Assembly: GCA_964585095.1 (NCBI GenBank)
Contig: CAZPCN010000004.1
Coordinates: 9,415-73,414 of the forward strand
Source of the DNA: an uncultured Syntrophaceae bacterium
GTDB lineage: Bacteria; Desulfobacterota; Syntrophia; Syntrophales; UBA2192
Reading direction: 5' to 3'
DNA: 64,000 nt
Every line of letters starts with the position of its first letter. Position 1 is the stretch's first letter. Made by a program: the position numbers and the translations under genes. A model generated the notes under the pieces. It saw nothing but the letters and a program-made list of their open reading frames with translations. It had not been told where the DNA came from and ran no database searches. This document shows positions 51,900 through 64,000 of this stretch, in pieces.

Positions 51900-53048
51900 A
51901 TGAAGCGCAGAGATTTTCTCAGGCTGGGCGTGCTGGGGGCAGGCGGGGCGCTTCTCGGCTGGGAGGGTGCGGCGGCCGGCGCGCAGAAGAAGCCGTCCGG
52001 CTCTTTCTCCTTTCCCGATCCCGTGCACCGCACCCTGGGACGGACGGGCCTGAAGATCACCGTCGTGAGCTTCGGCGCCATGCTGACGCCCGAACCGGAG
52101 GTGATCCGCGTCGCCCTCGACCACGGGGTCAACTACATCGACACGGCGCGGTCCTACGGGGGCGGCCGGAACGAGGAGGTGGTCGCGAAAGCGATCAAGG
52201 GGATCCGGAACAGGGTGACCGTGGCCACCAAGATCGAATGGCGCGCCAGGACGAAGGGGGACATGATCCGGAGCGTCGAGACGAGCCTGCGGGCCCTGGA
52301 GACGGATACCATCGACATCATCCAGCTCCACGGCCTCTCCGGCCGCGATCGGATCTTCGAGCCCGAAATGCGGGAAACCCTCCTGGCGCTGCGGAAGCAG
52401 GGCAAGGTGCGGTTCTTCGGGGTGACGACCCACACCAACGAGGCCGACGTCGTCAACGCCCTCGTCGACGACCCCGACCGTTTCTTCGACATGGCCCTCG
52501 TGAAGTACAATTTCCGGAGCGGCGAGGACACGAAACAGGCGATCGCACGCGCCGCGCGGGCCGGCATCGGCATCGTGGCCATGAAGACCCAGGCCGGGGG
52601 CTACAAGACCGACGCGCTGGGCCCGATCAGCCCCCACCAGGCTGCGCTCAAGTGGGCGCTGGCGGACCGGAACGTGACCGCCGCCATCCCCGGCATGCGC
52701 GACATGGCGGAGCTGCGCGAGGACATCGCCGTCATGGGGATGCGGCTCACGCTGGCCGACGGCCTCATCCTGCGCTGGTACGGGGCGGCCGTGGCCCCCC
52801 ACTACTGCCACCTCTGCGGTCGGTGCGAGGAAAGCTGCCCCGGCGGCGTGGCGATCAGCGTTGTGAACCGCAGCCTGATGTACGCCGAGGCCTACCGGAG
52901 CCCGGCGCTTGCCCGGGCCACCTACGCGGCAATCCCGCCCAGGGCGTCCGCCTCGGCCTGCCTCGACTGTGCCCGCTGCACGGCGCGCTGCGTCAACGGG
53001 CTCGACATCGCGGCGAAGATGGACCGCGCGCGGCGGCTCCTGGCGTGA
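51900..53048 (+). CDS. Aldo/keto reductase family oxidoreductase with Tat signal and C-terminal 4Fe-4S domain
   Basis: MKRRDFLRLGVLGAGGALLG twin-arginine signal. AKR blocks (GVNYIDTARSYGGGRNEE, IDIIQLHG). C-terminal CHLCGRCEESCP and CLDCARCTARC. Confidence 0.75.
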   Translation: MKRRDFLRLGVLGAGGALLGWEGAAAGAQKKPSGSFSFPDPVHRTLGRTGLKITVVSFGAMLTPEPEVIRVALDHGVNYIDTARSYGGGRNEEVVAKAIKGIRNRVTVATKIEWRARTKGDMIRSVETSLRALETDTIDIIQLHGLSGRDRIFEPEMRETLLALRKQGKVRFFGVTTHTNEADVVNALVDDPDRFFDMALVKYNFRSGEDTKQAIARAARAGIGIVAMKTQAGGYKTDALGPISPHQAALKWALADRNVTAAIPGMRDMAELREDIAVMGMRLTLADGLILRWYGAAVAPHYCHLCGRCEESCPGGVAISVVNRSLMYAEAYRSPALARATYAAIPPRASASACLDCARCTARCVNGLDIAAKMDRARRLLA

Positions 53049-53049
53049 T

Positions 53050-53086
53050 GAAGAGGAAGTTGAGAAGTTTGGAAGCTGTGAGAAAG
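53050..53086. repeat. Solitary period-8 purine-rich arm
   Basis: GAAGAGGA AGTTGAGA AGTTTGGA AGCTGTGA GAAAG. Confidence 0.5.
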
Positions 53087-53092
53087 ACCGTG

Positions 53093-54013
53093 ATGAAACG
53101 ATTTCATGCTCTTGTCCCCGTGGTCATGAGCATACTCTTGCTCGCCCCTCCTGCCGTTGCCGCAGCGGAAGACAGGGCCCTGCTCTCCGTCCTGTCTGCC
53201 GGGGGCTTCGCCGGGGGCTGGGTCATGGACGGCAAGCCGGCCCTGTTCACGCAGGACACGCTCTTCGACCACATCAACGGCGAGGCGGAGCTGTACCACC
53301 CCTTCGGGTTCGACACGCTCGCGACGGCCCGCTACGTGAATCGGGGTTCGCCGGGACGGGAAATCGCCGTCGACGTCTACCGGATGGGCTCCCCGCTCGA
53401 CGCCTTCGGGATCTGGTCCAACTACCGCAAGGCCGACACCCCGGGGTGCGCCGCCGGCGCCGATTGCGTCCTGTCGGCCTCGCAGTTGCTGTTCTACCAG
53501 GACCGGTATTTCGTCAAGGTCCAGGCCACGGGCGACTCCGTGCCGGCGCCGGATGCGTTCCTGGCCTGCGCGCAGGCCCTGTCCCGCAACCTCCCCGCCG
53601 GCAGGGGCCGGCCCGGGGAACTAGACCTCCTCCGGGTGCGCGGTGTCGTGCCGAAGACGGAGCGCTACGTTGCGCAAAGCCTCCTCGGCTACCGGTTCTT
53701 CCACCGCGGATTGACGGCCGGGGCGACTCCCGGCGGTGAGCGGACGCAGCTTTTCGTCGTAATCGAGGAATCGCCGGCAGGCGCGCGGAAGGCCTTCGAT
53801 CAATACCTGGCCTCCCTGAAGGAAGCCGGCCGCGAGGTGCGCCTGACGGGAACGGGGGACCGTGTCTCCCTGGAAGGCGCAGACCCGCTCTACGGAAAAG
53901 TGATCGTCGAACAGTCGGGACGCTACCTCGTCGGCGCGATCCGGCTGCAGGACGCGGCGGTCGTGAAGCCCATCATCGAGGAAATGAAGGCGAAGACGCG
54001 GGCCCGGCCGTGA
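53093..54013 (+). CDS. Hypothetical exported protein
   Basis: Signal peptide MKRFHALVPVVMSILLLAPPAVAAAED. An alternative ATG at 53048 would read through the repeat. No family recognised. Confidence 0.5.
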   Translation: MKRFHALVPVVMSILLLAPPAVAAAEDRALLSVLSAGGFAGGWVMDGKPALFTQDTLFDHINGEAELYHPFGFDTLATARYVNRGSPGREIAVDVYRMGSPLDAFGIWSNYRKADTPGCAAGADCVLSASQLLFYQDRYFVKVQATGDSVPAPDAFLACAQALSRNLPAGRGRPGELDLLRVRGVVPKTERYVAQSLLGYRFFHRGLTAGATPGGERTQLFVVIEESPAGARKAFDQYLASLKEAGREVRLTGTGDRVSLEGADPLYGKVIVEQSGRYLVGAIRLQDAAVVKPIIEEMKAKTRARP

Positions 54014-54067
54014 AAAAATGGACGTTCCCGAATCCACCGATAAGAAACAGAAACGCCACTTGAAAGG

Positions 54068-54142
54068 GTCATTGCGAGCACCCGCAGGGTGCGCGGCAAT
54101 CTCGTGGAGACGGCGGGATCGCCACGCTTCGCTTGCGATGAC
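54068..54142. repeat. Palindromic REP-like element, second member of the GTCATTGCGAGC...GCAATCTC family
   Basis: GTCATTGCGAGCACCCGCAGGGTGCGCGGCAATCTCGTGGAGACGGCGGGATCGCCACGCTTCGCTTGCGATGAC. Confidence 0.6.
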
Positions 54143-54161
54143 ATGCTTTATCGCCGGATTC

Positions 54162-54268
54162 GGGAAGTGAGGAAGCCAGGAAGTGAAGAAGAGCGGAAGA
54201 GCGGCGTGGATTCAGATGTTTTCCTGCTCTTATCCGCTCTTCCTACGTTCCGCTCTTCCTAACTTCAC
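54162..54268. repeat. Period-8 purine-rich arm (54162-54204) and pyrimidine-rich arm (54223-54268)
   Basis: GGAAGTGA GGAAGCCA GGAAGTGA AGAAGAGC GGAAGAGC GG ... CCTGCTCTTAT CCGCTCTT CCTACGTT CCGCTCTT CCTAACTT CAC. Confidence 0.65.
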
Positions 54269-54306
54269 GCCCATAGACCTCCGCCGTCGCAGAAAAGCTC
54301 GGACGA

Positions 54307-55068
54307 TCAGTACGTCGCCGAAATTAATTCGAAGATAAAGCTTCCCACCGGCACTTTGCTCTGGATCTTCACGGGCACCTGCCTCTCGTCGGCGGTGAAC
54401 CAGATCTTCAGCGACGGGTCGTCCTGGCGCGGCACAACCCCCTGCAACCTCTCCATATCGGGGACGACGAGATGGGTGTCGTAGACCTTGCCGTCGATCG
54501 CGACCGCCTCGCGACCCGCGACGGCAGCCTTGAGGTTGATGCACTTCTTGCCGTCGGTAACGGGGATCTCGTGGACGTCGCCCGGCTCGAGCCGGTGCGT
54601 GCGGATGACGAAGAAAATGGCCAGCGGGTCGAAGGAGCCCGGCAGGATCTCCACGGGTTTCTCCGCATTGCCGAAGCTTGCATAGGTGGCCGTGCGGTTT
54701 TTCCAGTCGTAGGTGACGACGACGTCCCGCGGGTGGTTTCCCGTGCTCTTCTTGCGGTACTGCAGGGTCCGCGTCAACGAGGGGTCGGTGAAGGAGTCCT
54801 GCCGCTCCCGGACCCGGTAGAACAGGTCGACCCGGGAGTTCGTCGCCGTCGTCATGGCGAAGTGGTGCGCCCGCGTGCCGTTCACGCTCGTGTGGGGCAG
54901 GACCTCGATGACGGCCTCGCCGGCGGGGATGAACCCCCACATCGCCCGGTAGACCAGCCGCTCGCCCGGTTTGAAGGGAAACGCCTTCGACGCGGCGTCG
55001 CCCTGTCCGGCGAGCGCCAGCAGTACGCACAGCACCAGGGCGGCATGGCACAGGAAGCGTCGTCTCAT
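54307..55068 (-). CDS. DUF3108-like exported protein
   Basis: Signal peptide MRRRFLCHAALVLCVLLALAGQGDA. GERLVYRAMWGFIPAGEAVIEV resembles the DUF3108 start. The giant in-frame upstream extension in the ORF track was rejected. Confidence 0.55.
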   Translation of the reverse strand: MRRRFLCHAALVLCVLLALAGQGDAASKAFPFKPGERLVYRAMWGFIPAGEAVIEVLPHTSVNGTRAHHFAMTTATNSRVDLFYRVRERQDSFTDPSLTRTLQYRKKSTGNHPRDVVVTYDWKNRTATYASFGNAEKPVEILPGSFDPLAIFFVIRTHRLEPGDVHEIPVTDGKKCINLKAAVAGREAVAIDGKVYDTHLVVPDMERLQGVVPRQDDPSLKIWFTADERQVPVKIQSKVPVGSFIFELISATY

Positions 55069-55091
55069 CGCAATACCCTCCTCGAGTCTTC

Positions 55092-60371
<5,280 letters not shown>

Positions 60372-60704
60372 GATGGGACATTGTAAACATCGGCCGGGGA
60401 AACGGCAACCGGTCTTTTTCCAGGTGTCATTCTGAACCGTCCCGAAATGGGGGACTCGCCCATGTGCCTGCATTCATTGAGTTTCGTTCGTTCATCATCC
60501 CGTAATGAACCACCCGGAACGGAATCTTCCGAGGCCCCGCAACAACCCCGAAATCTTCATCCTGTTGAAATATTTAGTGTTTGCGGATTGTTTCGATCCC
60601 GGGCATGACTGATGCCTCAACAGACGGGCAACAAGACATGCAGTTACGTAACGGCATGGGCATCGAAAAAGGCAAACGCCTGAAAACTCTACAGGAGGAT
60701 TGTG

Positions 60705-61079
60705 ATGATGATCGGTTATTTTGCGAAAAAGAAAGGGCAGAAAGGTTTCACGCTGGTTGAACTCATGATCGTCGTGGCCATCATCGGCATCCTGGCGGCC
60801 ATCGCGATTCCCCAGTTCACGTCTTACAGGGTCAGGGGTTACAACACGACGGCGCGCGCGGACGTGAAGAACGCCTACACGGCGGCCCAGGCCTACTTCA
60901 GCGACTGGCCCACCGCCACGGTCACGGTCGCAAGGCTGCAGGGCGCGGGTTACTCCCAGTCCTCGGGCGTCACCCTGACGGTGAGCAACGGCACCCAGGG
61001 GGGCCTTGTCCTGACGTCCGTGCACGGCAGCGGCGACCGGACCTACACCGTCAATGCGGGGGGACAGATCACACCCTGA
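60705..61079 (+). CDS. Type IV pilin / pseudopilin
   Basis: Prepilin leader ending [24 protein letters not shown] (class III signal). RBS AGGAGG. The start could also be 60702 or 60708. Confidence 0.85.
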   Translation: MMIGYFAKKKGQKGFTLVELMIVVAIIGILAAIAIPQFTSYRVRGYNTTARADVKNAYTAAQAYFSDWPTATVTVARLQGAGYSQSSGVTLTVSNGTQGGLVLTSVHGSGDRTYTVNAGGQITP

Positions 61080-61106
61080 CCGCTTTGTCGCCACGACCGA
61101 AACCGC

Positions 61107-61140
61107 CCCGGGTGGAGGGTCCGCCTCCACCCGGGCTCTT
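61107..61140 (+). terminator. Stem-loop after the pilin gene (12-bp stem), weak T-tail
   Basis: CCCGGGTGGAGG-gtccg-CCTCCACCCGGG. Confidence 0.45.
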
Positions 61141-61239
61141 CGCCCTGCCGAGCGGTCCGCTGCACTCGAAGCAGCCCCGACGAGACCGAACCCCACCTTT
61201 GGGCTTGAATTTCGGCCGCGTTGCCTTTACATATCCGCT

Positions 61240-62361
61240 GTGGAAAAGCACGATTTCGACATCACCGTCATCGGCGCGGGCGTGGTCGGTCTTGCCGTCG
61301 CAGAAGAGCTTTCGAGGCACTTCGGCGGCATCCTGCTGCTGGAGAAAAACGAAAGCCACGGCCGGGAGACGAGCAGCCGCAGCAGCGAGGTGATCCACGC
61401 CGGGATCTACTACCCCGAGGGATCCCTCAAGGCCCGGCTGTGCGTCGAGGGACGAAGGCTCCTCTACGAGGTCTGCGGGAAGAGGGGCATCCCCCACCGC
61501 CGGACAGGCAAGCTCATCGTCGCGACCAACGCCGGCGAGGAGGAGGCCCTGCACGCCCTCCTGGGGAAGGCGCATGCCAACGGGGTAGACGACATGCTCA
61601 TGCTGAGCGGCCGCGTCGTCTATTCCCTCGAGCCGGAGGTCGTCGCCGCGGCGGGTCTCCTGTCGCCTTCCACGGGTATCATCGACTCGCACAGCCTCAT
61701 GCGCGCCATGCGAGTCGGGGCAACGGACAACGGAGTGACCGCCGTGTTCCGGTCCTGCGTCACGGCCGCGCACTACGACGGCGTCCGCCACGAGTTGGAG
61801 ATCAACGGCGGGGAGACCCTCGTCTCCTCCCGGGTCGTCGTCAACAGCGCGGGGCTGCAGTCGGACCGCGTGGCGGCCCTTCCCGGCATCGACGTGGACC
61901 TCGAGGGGTACCGCCTGAAGCTCTGCAAGGGAAGCTACTTCTCCGCCTCTCCCCCGCCCCGGATCCGGCACCTCGTCTACCCCGTGCCGACGCCGGGGCA
62001 CGAGGGGCTCGGCGTGCACGCGACCCTCGACCTGGGAGGCCGGGTCCGATTCGGTCCCGACGTGGAGTACGTCGACGCCGTCGACTACCGCGTCGACGAG
62101 GGGAAGCGCGACGCTTTCCACGCGTCGATCGTCACGTACTTGCCCGGTCTCGCAAAGGAATCCCTCAGCCCCGACATGTGCGGCATCCGGCCCAAGCTGC
62201 AGGGACCGGGAGAGGAGGTCCGCGATTTCATCCTCTCCGAGGAGAGCCGCCTGGGGCTGCCAGGCTGGGTCAACCTCGTCGGGATCGAATCGCCGGGGCT
62301 GACCGCCTGCATGGCGATCGCGAGGCGCGTGACCGAACTGATCCGCCCGATCCTGGAGTGA
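61240..62361 (+). CDS. FAD-dependent oxidoreductase, L-2-hydroxyglutarate oxidase (LhgO)-like
   Basis: FDITVIGAGVVGLAVA dinucleotide motif, SSEVIHAGIYY, and GIESPGLTA near the C-terminus. A GTG start was chosen; the ORF-track extension was rejected. Confidence 0.75.
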   Translation: MEKHDFDITVIGAGVVGLAVAEELSRHFGGILLLEKNESHGRETSSRSSEVIHAGIYYPEGSLKARLCVEGRRLLYEVCGKRGIPHRRTGKLIVATNAGEEEALHALLGKAHANGVDDMLMLSGRVVYSLEPEVVAAAGLLSPSTGIIDSHSLMRAMRVGATDNGVTAVFRSCVTAAHYDGVRHELEINGGETLVSSRVVVNSAGLQSDRVAALPGIDVDLEGYRLKLCKGSYFSASPPPRIRHLVYPVPTPGHEGLGVHATLDLGGRVRFGPDVEYVDAVDYRVDEGKRDAFHASIVTYLPGLAKESLSPDMCGIRPKLQGPGEEVRDFILSEESRLGLPGWVNLVGIESPGLTACMAIARRVTELIRPILE

Positions 62362-62624
62362 AACCGGGGAGCATTCCATGGCCGACATCCCCGCCACAGC
62401 GCGCCGCGCGCTCGACGCCTAAGGGGGCGAGCCGTCCCCCTGCCCGTCGCGCCGGGTCGTGACCCCGAGAAGGAAAGACGGCACCCCTTCCGGATGGCCC
62501 GTTCTCATCGATCTTCTTGTGCACGAATGGGCCGTCGAACCCGCGCCCTCATCCTCGCCCGCCCACTCTTGAACAACAAACCCCTTCCGGATCGAGCCCT
62601 TATTGTCGATGGCTGCGGGCAATC

Positions 62625-62640
62625 TGGTTTGACTCTTGCA
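62625..62640 (+). promoter_or_regulatory. Weak sigma-54-like -24/-12 element
   Basis: TGGTTT-GACTC-TTGCA. GG and GC are at the correct 10-nt spacing, but the -24 box deviates from TGGCAC. Confidence 0.3.
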
Positions 62641-62784
62641 AGTCGTCACTGCGGAGCCGCAGGGTCATCGGCAAAACGGGGTGAACCCCCTCCTGTCGCC
62701 CTCCCGGGTGAGGCGCGTTCCCGGCGCATCGGGGCAAGACGGTGGCCATCAGGCAGCAACCCTCGACGAGCAAGGAGTCTTTCC

Positions 62785-64000
62785 ATGCAGAGTGCCATAC
62801 TCATTGTCGATGACGAACAGGATTATCTCGACAGCGTGCGCCGCGGCCTGATCGGGGCGGGCTTCAGGAACCTCCGGCTCGAGAGCGACCCGCGGAACGC
62901 CGCGGCTGCCGTGGCAAACGGAGACAAGTTCGACATCGCCCTCCTGGACATCAACATGCCCTGGATGGACGGGCTGCAGCTTCTCGAGTACATCAAGAAC
63001 ACCAGCCCGAACACGGAGTGCCTCATGGTCTCCGCCACCAACGAGGCGAAAGTCGCCGTGGACTGCCTCAAGAAGGGCGCCTACGATTACCTCACCAAGC
63101 CGGTCAACCGCGACGACATGGTGGCCGCCATCCGCCGCGCGCTGGAGCGCAAGCGCCTCCTGGAGGTCATCGCCGTCGTCAAAAGCGAGGCCCCGATGGA
63201 GATCGCCCCGAGCAGGGTCCCCTCGGCCCTGATCGCCCGGTCGGACAAGATGCTCCGGCTTCTCAAGGAGGCCGAGCTGTATGCCTCCATCACGGTCCCG
63301 ATGCTGGTCACGGGGCAGAAGGGAACGGGAAAGGAAACCATCGCGCGGCACATCCACGACACGGGGTCCCAGAAGGGCGGGCCCTTCGTCGTCGTCGACC
63401 TGGAAGCGCTCCAGGGAGATCGGCACCTGGCGGCCCTGTTCGGGGATGAAAGCGGCGGCGGCCGCATCGACGAGGCGCGCAAGGGCACCCTGTTCCTGAG
63501 CGAGATCAGCTACCTGCCCTCGGACGTGCAGGCTATGCTGCTCAAGGCGATGCAGGAGAACGGCTACACGCGCCCCGGCACGAACGAGAAGTGCCCCCTC
63601 GACAGCCGGATCATCATCTCGACGAGGCTCGACCCCGAGGCGCTCGTCGGCAAGGGCGAGCTGAGGAAGGACTTGTACTACTTCGTCAAGGGCTCGACGC
63701 TGATCCTGCCGGCGCTCAAGGAGCGCAAGAGCGACATCCCCCTGCTGGTCGAGCACTTCGTGAGCGCCTGTGCCGGCGACCGCGACCTCGCCGTGGCGCA
63801 GGACGCCATGAGCACCCTGTCCGACTACGACTTCCCCGGCAACATCCCCGAGCTGGAAGCCGTCGTGAAGGAGATGGTGACGAAAACGACGGGCAGCGCC
63901 GTCACACGGGACAGCCTGCCCGACAGCATCCGGGCGAAGATCCGGGTCAAGTTCCTCGCGGGCCTTCCCGCCCCGAAGGACATCCTCAAGAACCTGAACA
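62785..64000 (+). CDS. NtrC-family response regulator (receiver plus degenerate AAA+ domain), 3' end outside window
   Basis: Receiver domain (ILIVDDE...DIALLDINMP...KP). AAA+ Walker A GQKGTGKE. TLFLSEI in place of the usual hhhhDE Walker B. The GAFTGA loop is absent. The reading frame stays open to the window edge. RBS AAGGAG. Confidence 0.8.
   Translation, partial: MQSAILIVDDEQDYLDSVRRGLIGAGFRNLRLESDPRNAAAAVANGDKFDIALLDINMPWMDGLQLLEYIKNTSPNTECLMVSATNEAKVAVDCLKKGAYDYLTKPVNRDDMVAAIRRALERKRLLEVIAVVKSEAPMEIAPSRVPSALIARSDKMLRLLKEAELYASITVPMLVTGQKGTGKETIARHIHDTGSQKGGPFVVVDLEALQGDRHLAALFGDESGGGRIDEARKGTLFLSEISYLPSDVQAMLLKAMQENGYTRPGTNEKCPLDSRIIISTRLDPEALVGKGELRKDLYYFVKGSTLILPALKERKSDIPLLVEHFVSACAGDRDLAVAQDAMSTLSDYDFPGNIPELEAVVKEMVTKTTGSAVTRDSLPDSIRAKIRVKFLAGLPAPKDILKNLN

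Overview
High-G+C bacterial chromosomal segment with an anaerobe-type gene content. I guess a Thermodesulfobacteriota / syntrophic deltaproteobacterium-like organism; this is inference only. I saw no rRNA, tRNA, CRISPR array, transposase or integrase.

Gene order, left to right:
- amtB (5' truncated) and glnK, then a sigma-54 promoter in front of a domain-deleted DapB-like gene.
- A short, gene-poor island with lower G+C.
- A GH13 amylase-family gene, hisF and hisH, a split ManC (guanylyltransferase plus cupin), a Tat-signal SOD, an orphan radical SAM/SPASM protein, an M50/CBS protease, malQ, DUF72, PhzF-like, and a secreted CARDB-like protein.
- System II cytochrome c biogenesis (resB, ccsA) and ftsH.
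- An approximately 18-kb redox block (20.2-38.4 kb).
- dksA, a DUF59-like gene, two ferritin-like paralogs, and a 2-hydroxyacid dehydrogenase.
- An uncharacterised module of ArsA/Get3-like ATPase, small protein and membrane protein.
- cstA.
- An XRE-cupin regulator with a 2-oxoacid:ferredoxin oxidoreductase operon whose delta subunit is fused to a GltD-like flavoprotein.
- Secreted hypothetical proteins, a Tat-signal aldo-keto reductase with an Fe-S tail, and DUF3108.
- A four-NBD (tandem-fused) UvrA-family giant, a type IV pilin, an LhgO-like oxidase, and an NtrC-like response regulator lacking GAFTGA (3' truncated).

The redox block has two parts:
- A ModE-N-terminal-like regulator next to two tandemly duplicated operons. 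Each operon encodes a Tat-signal polyferredoxin plus an aldehyde:ferredoxin oxidoreductase (AOR) family enzyme. Each is preceded by the same operator-like palindrome, a sigma-70-like promoter and a long leader. The second copy also carries a cytochrome P460-like gene.
- A composite cluster joining NapG-like, two HdrA/Qmo-like flavoproteins, MvhD, an FeS protein, a Cys-type FdhA, HdrC-like, a membrane NapH-like polyferredoxin and a shortened AOR-like protein.

The most interesting candidates are this composite Hdr/Qmo-Mvh-Fdh-NapGH-AOR-like cluster and the predicted Tat-exported AOR pairs.

Intergenic DNA is unusually rich in short-period repeat architectures:
- (GGG-N4)n arrays, which match G-quadruplex motifs.
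- Period-8 purine-rich arms paired with pyrimidine-rich arms.
- Period-9 arrays.
- Two palindromic REP-like families.

All functional calls come from reading the translated ORFs and motifs by eye. No database search was run.
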